A DNA stretch of 64,000 nt from a bacterium (lineage in GTDB: Bacteria; Hinthialibacterota; Hinthialibacteria; Hinthialibacterales; Hinthialibacteraceae): the NCBI GenBank assembly GCA_963663405.2, contig CAXXSM010000118.1, positions 128,001-192,000 on the forward strand. The letters run 5' to 3'. Positions 20,192 through 29,477 of this stretch are shown here, piece by piece (positions within the stretch are counted from its first letter, which is position 1; the number at the start of each line of letters is the position of its first letter). The notes beneath the pieces were generated by a model. It searched no databases. It was not told the origin of the DNA and saw only the letters and a list, made by a program, of their open reading frames with translations. The translations under genes and the position numbers were made by a program.

Positions 20192-22051
20192 ATGACTACT
20201 CTCGATCAATCTATCAGTCTATTAAAATCCTCTTCCTATTGGAAAGAACGGCGGGAAGCCGCTTTAGTATTAGGAAGAAGCAAAGAGTCGCGAGCCAATG
20301 AGGCGCTCGTTGAAGCGTTGAACGATCCAGACGATGATGTTCTTCAGGCCGTGATCCTCTCGCTGGGCGCTACGGGAGACAATAATGTAGTGGAGAAAAT
20401 GCTCCTGCCCCGATATTTGAATCATCCCGATTCACGCATCCGCTGGGCGACCTTAAAAACGATTGGCAAAATCGGCCGCTCCTTCGTTGTCACCAACGTC
20501 GCCGAGCTCATGAATGATGAAGAATGGGTTGTCCGGAACGAAGTGGAGAAACTCCTTCACAAGCAAGTGAAATCCGTCTTGGCCGAATGTTCGGACGAAT
20601 CCGCCCAGCGAATGATGGGACTATTGATTACAGATAATGAGGATCTGCGTGATATTCTGATTGAAGCTTTCCTTCAAATCGGTCCCCGAATCATGCCGTT
20701 GCTTCGTGATTCGGTCCGGGTCGGTGGGCAAAAGATCCAAACGGCGATGGCGTATGTGCTGGGGAAACTGAAAGACGCGGATTCTGTGCCCATTCTAATC
20801 GAATTGCTTGATTCGTCGGATAAAACGATTCGCAAAAGCGCGGTGGACGCATTGGGTCAAATCGCGGACGAATCCTCCATCCCAGCCATGATCGAGAAAT
20901 TTGCGGATTCTTCCAAAGAAGTCCAGCAAAGCGCCGTCGAAGCGCTCGCATTAATTGGTAAACCAGCGGTTGAGCCACTTCACGAAAAGCTTCGCTATTC
21001 ATCCCGCAAAATTATCCAGAAAAACGTGTTGCTGACCTTGGGCATGATCAAGGATCCTTCCTCAATTCCCTATTTCATCGAATATATGGCCAGCACATAT
21101 TTCATCGTCCGTCGCGTCGCGGTGAATGGTCTCGTTCACTATGGAGAGAAAGGCGCGCAAGCGGTTCTCGATGTCATCCGCAATGTCAAATTGCCGATGG
21201 TAGATGATCTTCTCAAGAAATCAGAACACGGCGCGACAATTGGAATCCGGGTACGCGCGATCCGGGCGCTCGGAGCCCTCGCAGATCACCGAGCCGTCCA
21301 TTTGTTGAAACGATTGGCCGCAAGCGAAGAACCATTGATTCAAAAAGCGTCTCTTGAATCCTTAGCGCAAATCGGTTGTTCCTGCTGGCAACGGTCCGGC
21401 GCTTTGGCTGTCTTGCGAGAACTCCGGCTGGCGCCGGATGTGGATCTAATCGTTGAACAATTGGATGATGATTCCGAAAACGTTCGATTCCGGACGGTTC
21501 AAGTCCTGGCGCGTTGCGAAAATCCACGAGCGGTTCCTGCGTTGCTTCAGACCGTTGCGATCGATGGGAATCCAATTATGCGCTATGAAGCGCTTCGAGC
21601 GGCGGATATCTTGGAACCAGGCAATCCCCGAATCGTCGAAACGGCCAACCGCGCGTTGGAAGATCCTGCGCCCCAAGTCCAAGCGGAAGCGGCCCGTGTT
21701 ATTGGCCGTTCTCCCAGCGCCGATCATCTTCCCCTCTTGCTCGAGTGCCTGAAAAACCCGAGTTGGGAAGTCCGCCGGAACACAGCGTTGGCTTTGGGTA
21801 ATATCGGTGTGGCGGCGCTTCCATATTTATTGGAACGGTTAGAAAAGGGTAATGAGACAGAGGTGGAATCAGTGATCCGCGCCATAGGAAATATCGGGGA
21901 TCCGGAAGCGATGTCTAAAGTAGATGCAATACTCGATAATTATCCCAAGAATTCACCGGTCCAATACGCCGCGGTTAAAGCTTTCGCAGAAATTCGAAAA
22001 AGAGAAGAAGAAAAAGAGAAACACGAAGGATTTTCGACCCTTCCATCCTGA
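20192..22051 (+). CDS. HEAT/PBS-lyase repeat protein
   Basis: Repeated D.d..vR..A..aLG units over 619 aa. Confidence 0.9.
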   Translation: MTTLDQSISLLKSSSYWKERREAALVLGRSKESRANEALVEALNDPDDDVLQAVILSLGATGDNNVVEKMLLPRYLNHPDSRIRWATLKTIGKIGRSFVVTNVAELMNDEEWVVRNEVEKLLHKQVKSVLAECSDESAQRMMGLLITDNEDLRDILIEAFLQIGPRIMPLLRDSVRVGGQKIQTAMAYVLGKLKDADSVPILIELLDSSDKTIRKSAVDALGQIADESSIPAMIEKFADSSKEVQQSAVEALALIGKPAVEPLHEKLRYSSRKIIQKNVLLTLGMIKDPSSIPYFIEYMASTYFIVRRVAVNGLVHYGEKGAQAVLDVIRNVKLPMVDDLLKKSEHGATIGIRVRAIRALGALADHRAVHLLKRLAASEEPLIQKASLESLAQIGCSCWQRSGALAVLRELRLAPDVDLIVEQLDDDSENVRFRTVQVLARCENPRAVPALLQTVAIDGNPIMRYEALRAADILEPGNPRIVETANRALEDPAPQVQAEAARVIGRSPSADHLPLLLECLKNPSWEVRRNTALALGNIGVAALPYLLERLEKGNETEVESVIRAIGNIGDPEAMSKVDAILDNYPKNSPVQYAAVKAFAEIRKREEEKEKHEGFSTLPS

Positions 22052-22084
22052 CCCCGCCTGGATGAAGAGAATTCAATAATTCAA

Positions 22085-22972
22085 TCAAAGAAGCGCCGTA
22101 CTGAAATAACGCTCTGCCCGGTCGGGCAGGACTGTCGCGACATTCCCTGCCCCTTTCGAGGCGAGTTGACGCGCGGCCCAAATATTCGCGCCGGATGATA
22201 TCCCCACTAGTAAGCCATGATCTCTCCCCAGTTGCCGGGTCGTTTCCACCGCTTGTTCATCCGTCACCTCTATCACTTCATCGATCAACGAAACATCAAG
22301 AACGGCCGGGATAAATCCATCCCCGATTCCCTGAATCTGGTGAAGGCCGGGTTCATGACCAAGCAGGGCGGACACGTTCTTCGGTTCAACGGCGGCAAGT
22401 TTTACATCGGGTTTACGTTCTTTCAGAAATTTCCCGATTCCCTGCAAGGTTCCTCCGCTTCCTACGCCAGCTACGAAGCAGTCGATTTCTCCATTCATCT
22501 GCCGCCATAATTCATGAGCCGTCTCTTCATAATGAACGCGGGGATTGTCGGGATTCTCGAATTGCTGTGGAACAAAGACATTAGGATCTTCTTTCTGCAT
22601 TTGACGAACCCGTTCAACCGCGCCGCCGATACTTTCTTTCGCCGGTGTGAGAACCAGTTCGGCGCCAAGGACTCGTATCAGTTTTTTTCGTTCTTCACTC
22701 ATGTTCTCCGGCATGACGATCCGCACTTTATACCCTTTGAGGCGTCCCACCAGCGCGACGCCGATCCCCGTATTGCCGGAAGTCGGCTCAACGATGATTG
22801 AGCCGGGATGAAGCCGTTTATCCCGTTCCGCGCCTTCGATCATCGAGAGCGCCACCCGGTCTTTTACGCTTCCTCCAGGATTCAAAAATTCCGCTTTCGC
22901 GTAAATGGGTTGATCTTTCAAGCGGATTAAAGGGGTGTTTCCAATTAGATTTAAAATATTATCCGTCAGCAT
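22085..22972 (-). CDS. cysK: Cysteine synthase A
   Basis: IGNTPL, NPGGSVKDR, EPTSGNTG, QQFENPDN, GVGSGGT, HQIQGIG, GISSGA. Confidence 0.95.
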   Translation of the reverse strand: MLTDNILNLIGNTPLIRLKDQPIYAKAEFLNPGGSVKDRVALSMIEGAERDKRLHPGSIIVEPTSGNTGIGVALVGRLKGYKVRIVMPENMSEERKKLIRVLGAELVLTPAKESIGGAVERVRQMQKEDPNVFVPQQFENPDNPRVHYEETAHELWRQMNGEIDCFVAGVGSGGTLQGIGKFLKERKPDVKLAAVEPKNVSALLGHEPGLHQIQGIGDGFIPAVLDVSLIDEVIEVTDEQAVETTRQLGRDHGLLVGISSGANIWAARQLASKGAGNVATVLPDRAERYFSTALL

Positions 22973-23034
22973 TCATTCATCTCAATAACATAAGAATTAA
23001 GGAGCAGGTGTCAATAGTATATTAATTTGACAGC

Positions 23035-23310
23035 CTAGCAAACAATTGTAAGCCAAAAGAAAAGGAAGCCAGCCGCAGAGCTAAGAAGCGCGCCGGCAAT
23101 CGCGTATTTCTTAGGAGTATCCGTAATGAGCCCCATTAGACTCAAGAAAAATCCCATAGGAGTTCCGATTACAAATGCGATACCGCCAAGGTACCGAATC
23201 GGCGATCCTCACCCAGGGCGCAGAATAAACATTGCCAGCATAGCGAACCAAGGCATGCATGAGTACAACAAGCCTTTCCCCCCATACCGGACATTTTCAT
23301 CTTCATACAT
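23035..23310 (-). pseudogene. Small 3-TM membrane protein interrupted by an in-frame TGA
   Basis: Not in the ORF track. GGAG RBS, then MYEDENVRYGGKGLLYSCMPWFAMLAMFILRPG*GSPIRYLGGIAFVIGTPMGFFLSLMGLITDTPKKYAIAGALLSSAAGFLFFWLTIVC. TGA at 23209-23211. Confidence 0.6.
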
Positions 23311-23501
23311 TTTTGCTTTCTCCAACGTCAACAAGCCAAACATACAAAGGAATGATTATTGTATCCCACTTTAAACCTATATCAATCCCAGATTACGCGT
23401 AGCCGCCTAATGACAATATACATCCTGGGCGATATCTATATTTCAATCGCTGTTCAAAGTAGTATACTTGTATAAACGTTCATCCAAGGAGGTCCTCATT
23501 C

Positions 23502-25166
23502 GTGTATAGGCGTTGTATCAAAGTAGGAATCTATATACTTACCTTTATCCTTCTTAAATCATCAATCGGTCAAGCGCAGTTCTGTTTTGTTGAAAACGCG
23601 AAGGATCGGGGAATCGACTTCGTTCAAGTGAATGGATCGAAGGAGAAAGAATATATTGTTGAGGCGAAAGGGGCGGGTGTCGCCGCCGTTGATGTAAATG
23701 GCGATGGTTGGGAGGATGTGTACTTAGTAAATGGAACCTCCATACACGGAGACGCGCCCTCGCCAGCTCCTGTCAATCGATTGTATTTAAATCAAGGCGA
23801 CGGCACATTTAAAGATGGTACCCAAGAAAGCGGTTTAGGAGATCCAGGCTTTGGCACGGGCGCGTATTTCGCTGATATTGACAACGATGGCGACCTCGAT
23901 TGCTATCTGACCAATTTTGGCCCGAATTCGCTCTACCTGAATGATGGAAAAGGCCATTTTACCCTCGTTCCCGGCGCCGGTGGGGCTCAGAATGATGGAT
24001 GGAGCACGGGTGTAGCCTTCGCGGATATCAATGGCGATGATTTTCTTGATCTATATGTTGGTCAATACGCTGAATTCAGTACGGAAATTGCAAACAAAAA
24101 AGGAAAACTTGGCCCTTATTATGGATTTAAAGCGTTTATCGGCCCCTCATCATTCCAACCGGCGCAAGATAATCTCTTTCTCAACAACGGAGATGGAACC
24201 TTCATAGACGAAACAAAAAAGCGGGGAATCAATTCATTCGACCGTGGGCGCGCCTTCTCTGTTTTCTTCACAGATCTTGACTTGGACGGTGATCTCGATC
24301 TTTACGTCGCGAACGACTCAACCTACAACCAACTCTACGAAAATAACGGAAAGGGATTTTATGAAGATATTTCCCTTCTAGCGGGAATCGGTCTCAGCCA
24401 AGACGGTCGAGAGCAGGGCAGCATGGGATTGGCCATCGGTGACTCAGACGGCGATCTCGATCTAGATATTTTCGTAAACAACTACGACAGTGAATACAAT
24501 ATACTCTACCGGAACGACGGAGATCTCCAATTCACCGATTCCACCTATCCCAGCCATATCGGTCAAGGAACAATGAAAAAAGTTAGTTTTGGCTTATTGT
24601 TGGAAGATTTCGATAACGATGGCTGGCCTGATCTCCACGTCTGCAATGGCCATGTCTATCCTGTCGCTGATAAAGTTCCGACTTTAGATGGTTACGAACA
24701 AGCGGATTTATTCTTCCATAATTTGGGAAAGGGAAATTATAAAAATGTATCGGACCTTGTGGGGCCGGCGTCGAAACTGAAGGGTGTGTCGAGAGGAAGC
24801 GCCACTGCTGATTTCGACCACGATGGCGATCTGGATATCGTAATCAACAACCTCGACCGCGCTCCGTTTTTTTTGGAGAATAAGAGTTCTGTTGGAAATT
24901 GGATACAAATCGCCGCGCAAAACGAACGTGGAATGCCCGCCTATGGCGCGCGTTTAATCGTTGAAAGCAATCTGCGATCCCAAATCGCGGAACTTCACTC
25001 CGGCGCCAGTTTCCTATCCCAAAGCAGCCCCGTCATGCATTTTGGACTGGGCAAAGACATGACTGTCAAAAAAATCACCGTCCGTTGGCCGGATGGAACT
25101 ACGAGTGAATTATCCACCGTCAAAGCCAATCAACGAATGATTATACGGAAAAAGAGCGAGAGGTAA
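23502..25166 (+). CDS. CRTAC1/ASPIC-UnbV family FG-GAP repeat protein
   Basis: Repeated DxDxDGDLD motifs; C-terminal GASFLSQSSPVMHFGLG...VRWPDG; signal peptide. Confidence 0.92.
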   Translation: MYRRCIKVGIYILTFILLKSSIGQAQFCFVENAKDRGIDFVQVNGSKEKEYIVEAKGAGVAAVDVNGDGWEDVYLVNGTSIHGDAPSPAPVNRLYLNQGDGTFKDGTQESGLGDPGFGTGAYFADIDNDGDLDCYLTNFGPNSLYLNDGKGHFTLVPGAGGAQNDGWSTGVAFADINGDDFLDLYVGQYAEFSTEIANKKGKLGPYYGFKAFIGPSSFQPAQDNLFLNNGDGTFIDETKKRGINSFDRGRAFSVFFTDLDLDGDLDLYVANDSTYNQLYENNGKGFYEDISLLAGIGLSQDGREQGSMGLAIGDSDGDLDLDIFVNNYDSEYNILYRNDGDLQFTDSTYPSHIGQGTMKKVSFGLLLEDFDNDGWPDLHVCNGHVYPVADKVPTLDGYEQADLFFHNLGKGNYKNVSDLVGPASKLKGVSRGSATADFDHDGDLDIVINNLDRAPFFLENKSSVGNWIQIAAQNERGMPAYGARLIVESNLRSQIAELHSGASFLSQSSPVMHFGLGKDMTVKKITVRWPDGTTSELSTVKANQRMIIRKKSER

Positions 25167-25172
25167 AATCAA

Positions 25173-25204
25173 CGAACCCGCCGTATCTTCCTACGGCGGG
25201 TTCG
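25173..25204. terminator. Hairpin between convergent genes (probable terminator)
   Basis: CGAACCCGCCGTA / TACGGCGGGTTCG 13-bp perfect stem. Confidence 0.75.
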
Positions 25205-25261
25205 AATTCATTTGTTTTATATGTTTCCCTATCCAATCACAATACGGATAGAGTGCGATTC

Positions 25262-26194
25262 CTACTGCAATAGTTCCCAACTCGGCGCCGAGGATGATTG
25301 CAATTTGGTTAACGTAAATGGACCCGTGTAGGAGAGGGGTTCACGATCAACAAGAGCTTGGGGCCGCATTCCTGCCGGTTCTTCCTCCTCGTTTTCATCT
25401 TGCCGCTCGATGGAAATGGTGAAAGTTCCGGTGATCTCGGTCCGATCTTCATTGATCTGTCCGCTTCCACTAACTGTAAACGTAAAGACTCCAACGTTCT
25501 TGATCTCCGCCGTTGTGGAATAGGAGAATTCAAACTCACTGGGATCAACTATCGTAAAGAGACCCGCAACAGGGATATCGGCCAGACGGCCTTCCTCTCT
25601 CAGCATCCCAAGAATCGTTCCTTCGGCGCCCAATTCAATAACGCCTTCCCAATTAATAATAAGAGAATCGTCATTAATATCCAATTGCCATTCGCCTTCA
25701 AGCAGTTTTCCGCCTAACGCCGGTGTGGATCCCTCACGGGTCATGATGAAAGCGACTGGAGTGGCGCTGTACGTATCGACTGGACTGATGAGTTGAGTGT
25801 AGGCTTGCGATTCTTTCCAAATACCGATTAACAGATTGTTATCTTCAGTTCCCATTCCCGTCGCGACGATTTCGGACGCGACCGCCATCTGTTTGGATTC
25901 GGCGGCGACACCAGCGCCAGCGCCAATGTATAATAACTGACGGGTTTCGGTAAATTCCGCTTTTCCACGGTGAACGGTATTGAAATTATATTCCGTATCG
26001 CCAATGGAATGAACAATCGATTCTGTAAAACTCACATTCCCTTCCGCGTCAAACGTCAGAACGCTGAATTCCGATCCAGGCACTTTGGTTTGCAGCGTCC
26101 ACGTTCCTTTCAAAGCGTCTTCCTGCGCATGAGCAAGACTCACGGCGAACAGCGAACAGACGAGACCAGCGTACAACCACTTTTTCATTCCCAT
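25262..26194 (-). CDS. Secreted beta-rich protein ending in SSAPSWELLQ
   Basis: AGGAGG RBS; signal peptide ending AHA-Q; two LxGxWxL lipocalin-like repeats. Confidence 0.8.
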   Translation of the reverse strand: MGMKKWLYAGLVCSLFAVSLAHAQEDALKGTWTLQTKVPGSEFSVLTFDAEGNVSFTESIVHSIGDTEYNFNTVHRGKAEFTETRQLLYIGAGAGVAAESKQMAVASEIVATGMGTEDNNLLIGIWKESQAYTQLISPVDTYSATPVAFIMTREGSTPALGGKLLEGEWQLDINDDSLIINWEGVIELGAEGTILGMLREEGRLADIPVAGLFTIVDPSEFEFSYSTTAEIKNVGVFTFTVSGSGQINEDRTEITGTFTISIERQDENEEEEPAGMRPQALVDREPLSYTGPFTLTKLQSSSAPSWELLQ

Positions 26195-26442
26195 GTTGTA
26201 ATTCCTCCTGTGAAGCAAAAAAAGAATATAGCCCAACCACTTGACCACCTATACATGATGGACAAGATGAGCTCAAAAGACATAATAAATTATTGCATTA
26301 ATACAATTATTGTCAATCATAATTAGGAAAATAAATTACATATAGTAAAATATAAATCTCATCCGCATCTCGCTTTATAAAAAATTAGATATTTAATGTT
26401 TCGGATTTAATCTGTAGTTTGGACAGGGAACCTTGAAGAGAA

Positions 26443-26525
26443 GAAAAAATGAGGGAGAATCAAAGAAAGGGACGCAGGCTTGTTCGTCTCTTGGAAGAGT
26501 ACTCTTCCAACATGATTCTCCCCCC
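26443..26525 (-). ncRNA. Candidate structured small RNA or cis-regulatory element
   Basis: Closing stem GGGAGAATCA/TGATTCTCCC encloses a perfect 20-bp palindrome (26491-26510) and a GAGACG/CGTCCC stem; followed by a U-tract on the minus strand. Confidence 0.4.
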
Positions 26526-27135
26526 AGCGTGTTGAGTGTTTCATATCTAAAAATCAGATAACTTTTTTTTGTCCTTATCCTTTATTTCTAAATTCATACA
26601 CAATATATTTACTGAGATATATTTCAAAAATTTCTGTACAAAAAACATGATTCTGTAACATTCCATTTCAATCCAATGAATAGAAAATCGGGAAGAAATT
26701 CAATATAATAATGAAATGTATCCTGATTAACTTTACTATTTCAGGTAAATACTTTAAAAATGATTCTATTTCACATTAATTTAGGGTATAATTGAGAATA
26801 AAAGAAAAACAAAGAAAAATCTTGTCCACAATAATAGATAAAACAATTCAAATTACAATCTTTTAATTCTTTTTGGAAAATTATTTTCCATTACTTATAT
26901 GAGTAAATATTCAAATCAAGATTTTGTCAAGAAAATTTTTCTATTTTTTTAAATTACCTAAATTAAAGGTTTTTATTTCTTTGTGATGGGGATAAGATAG
27001 ATTGAATTTTGATAGATTCTTTTATGGAGAATTCGCATAATTGATTCGAGTGTTTAATCATGGAAGACAGGATTTGTTTTTAGATTTCGTTTTATGTGTC
27101 TTCTCGGATAGACAACAACAAGGAGTCGAACGATC

Positions 27136-28329
27136 TTGAAATTGTTTGGCGAATTATTACGGAACTTCCGGCGGTCTCGAAATATGACCCAGCAGGAGAT
27201 GGCCGATCGTCTTCATCTCTCTTCACCGTATATCGCTCAGATGGAGAGTGGATTTAAACCTCCTCCCCCCCAAGCGATCGTGGATAATATGGCCACGATC
27301 ATGCGTCTTGGAATCGACGAGAAAAAACAATTCACCCAGGCGGCGGAAACAGAACGCGAATTACAGAGTTTGGTGAAAGCCACTCGAAAAGTCGGGTACG
27401 TTTTGGCGGGGAACAAAGTCTGTGTGCCACAGAATTCCATCATTGAACGCGCGCAGAATGAAGTGGAGGAATTGGTCGAGTCTATCCCAAAAGATGCGGA
27501 TTTTTGTATCGATTTGGCGCCGTCGGACCGGAGAAAATGGCATCCAGGAAAGACATCCGTATCGATTTCGCGTCATGGTGAAATGCGATCGTGGATGATT
27601 GCGGAGCTAGGAAACCAACCCGGGGTTCTATTAGTTTTTTTAGGGAATCTTTATGAAGTTCTTTTACTAACACCGGATGAAAGGCTTCTCTGCCGGCATC
27701 CATCCGAACGCCGGATGGCGATTACTGAAAATGGGGATGACATCAATGAGTTCTTCCAACGGGTAAACGGCGCGATAAAAAAAGCCATCTCTTTGGCCGA
27801 AGAGCAGAGACTGCCGGAAGTGATCGCGCCGCACGTGGCTTGGAGAGACATTGATGAAATGCTCGGCGCCAGCCAGGCAAGCGAGACCGGCCAACAAACA
27901 CACGAACTGCGGGCTGGCTCGGATTCGATCCGTAACATCCCTGTTCTCTACATTGTTGAAGCCGGATCGGAAGAATTGGAAGAACGGCCGGGATTGGGCA
28001 GCATCGGACTTCCGCACAATTGGTTCGATTCAACGAGAAAATATGAAGCCTGCAAGATCCAAACCGACGCGTATATATCAATCGGCGTTTGGCCAGGATG
28101 TAAAACGATCTATGAATTGAGCAATGACGCTGAAAATGAAGACCTCGTGATCGTGAAACTTGGCAACCGGATTTGCTTCCGTCGCTATTTTGATTTCGGC
28201 GATCAGATTCTCTTGCAAGGGGGGCCTTTGGCGAAACCGATCCGTGTATTGAAGGGAGAGTCGTCGATCCGTTTTGTGGGGGTTGTGCGAGAATTGGTAT
28301 CCCGGTTTAGGGATATTCAGTATTCATAA
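27136..28329 (+). CDS. XRE-HTH regulator with a central domain and a degenerate S24 (LexA/CI-like) C-terminal domain
   Basis: FGELLRNFRRSRNMTQQEMA...YIAQMESG; C-terminal IPVLYIVEAG...KIQTDAY...DLVIVK...FRRY...IRFVGVV. Confidence 0.8.
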   Translation: MKLFGELLRNFRRSRNMTQQEMADRLHLSSPYIAQMESGFKPPPPQAIVDNMATIMRLGIDEKKQFTQAAETERELQSLVKATRKVGYVLAGNKVCVPQNSIIERAQNEVEELVESIPKDADFCIDLAPSDRRKWHPGKTSVSISRHGEMRSWMIAELGNQPGVLLVFLGNLYEVLLLTPDERLLCRHPSERRMAITENGDDINEFFQRVNGAIKKAISLAEEQRLPEVIAPHVAWRDIDEMLGASQASETGQQTHELRAGSDSIRNIPVLYIVEAGSEELEERPGLGSIGLPHNWFDSTRKYEACKIQTDAYISIGVWPGCKTIYELSNDAENEDLVIVKLGNRICFRRYFDFGDQILLQGGPLAKPIRVLKGESSIRFVGVVRELVSRFRDIQYS

Positions 28330-28391
28330 TTGTATTGTGGATCAAACCAAAAAGCCGCCGCGATCCATTCGGGCGTGAGAAGGGATTCGTC

Positions 28392-29093
28392 ATGGGAGAA
28401 CCATCTGCCACTCAATGGGCGTCATGGGATGTATGGATTATTGTCATACAATTGACCTTGCTTGCGATCATGCTGATTGTAGGATTTTTCATCTGGCGGT
28501 ACCGCCGGATCACACCGGCCCGTGGTAAGCGCGCAAGCGCCTCCAAGACAATTTTCCGTAAGCAGAATCAAAAATTACAGACACTCGTCGATAATACATA
28601 TTCGAGTGATGACACAGCGCCAAAAATGATTCAATTGGAAGAAGGCGTTTATTCAACTGAAGAGGGATTACATGTCAGTTGGCCGGTTCAAATCCAAGGA
28701 AAGGGAGCGGCCGAAACGGAAATCATCTCCAAGAAAGATAAACCAGCCATCCGCTTGAACGGGGCTAAAAATTGTTCAATCCAGGATGTCAAAATTGTTG
28801 GAGCGATTCAGTGTTCCAGCAGCGAATTACTGGTTGAAAACTGCCATATTGTCGCTAATGAAGAAGGGATCTGCATTGAGGCCTACGATCATTCCGAAGT
28901 TACCTTCAGCGGAGTGATCAGTGGGAATGGAGGAATCGCAATTCGCGCAAATGGAGAATCGAAAGTCTATCTAAGGCCTCCCTATCAGGTCTCCGAAGAT
29001 GAATACGTTATCGCCGATCCTAAAAGTCACATCACAATAGAAATTGATCCAGATGAAGAGGATGAACCATCGGGATCAACGGAAACCGACTAA
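28392..29093 (+). CDS. Single-TM protein with a beta-helix-like domain
   Basis: One TM segment; PAIRLNGAKNCSIQDVKI / LLVENCHI repeats. Confidence 0.65.
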   Translation: MGEPSATQWASWDVWIIVIQLTLLAIMLIVGFFIWRYRRITPARGKRASASKTIFRKQNQKLQTLVDNTYSSDDTAPKMIQLEEGVYSTEEGLHVSWPVQIQGKGAAETEIISKKDKPAIRLNGAKNCSIQDVKIVGAIQCSSSELLVENCHIVANEEGICIEAYDHSEVTFSGVISGNGGIAIRANGESKVYLRPPYQVSEDEYVIADPKSHITIEIDPDEEDEPSGSTETD

Positions 29094-29477
29094 CTTTTTC
29101 CTCCGCAATATTCTTTGTCCTACAAAATTAATCCAGCCAAATCATCATCCACCAAAAAATCTCTTGCTCAATTCGAATTGTACAAATAAACGTTTTTCAG
29201 TTCTTTTCGTTAATCATTAATGCAGTCATTCGCTCATTGGAATTTTTATTCCTTTACACTTAATACAACCGGAAAAATGACAGAAAAAAAGGGATATAGA
29301 ATAACCTGATTTATAACAATTTACTTTCACAACGGTAGTATATGATGTAATAAATTCCGTAACCGCCGTCACAATGAATTTATCGGAATGATGAAACTTT
29401 TAGAAGAAGAACCAACTGCCTTGGAACATTATAATGAAATCCACATTGCGTGATGGATTGATGATTGGAATTCAATA

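Noticed and set aside
26330-27135. Replication origin in the AT-rich region
   Set aside because: I noticed only one near-DnaA box (TTGTCCACA, about 26822), with no box cluster or dnaA/gidA context
27136-29093. Prophage inferred from the CI-like repressor
   Set aside because: No integrase, cro, replication or structural genes nearby
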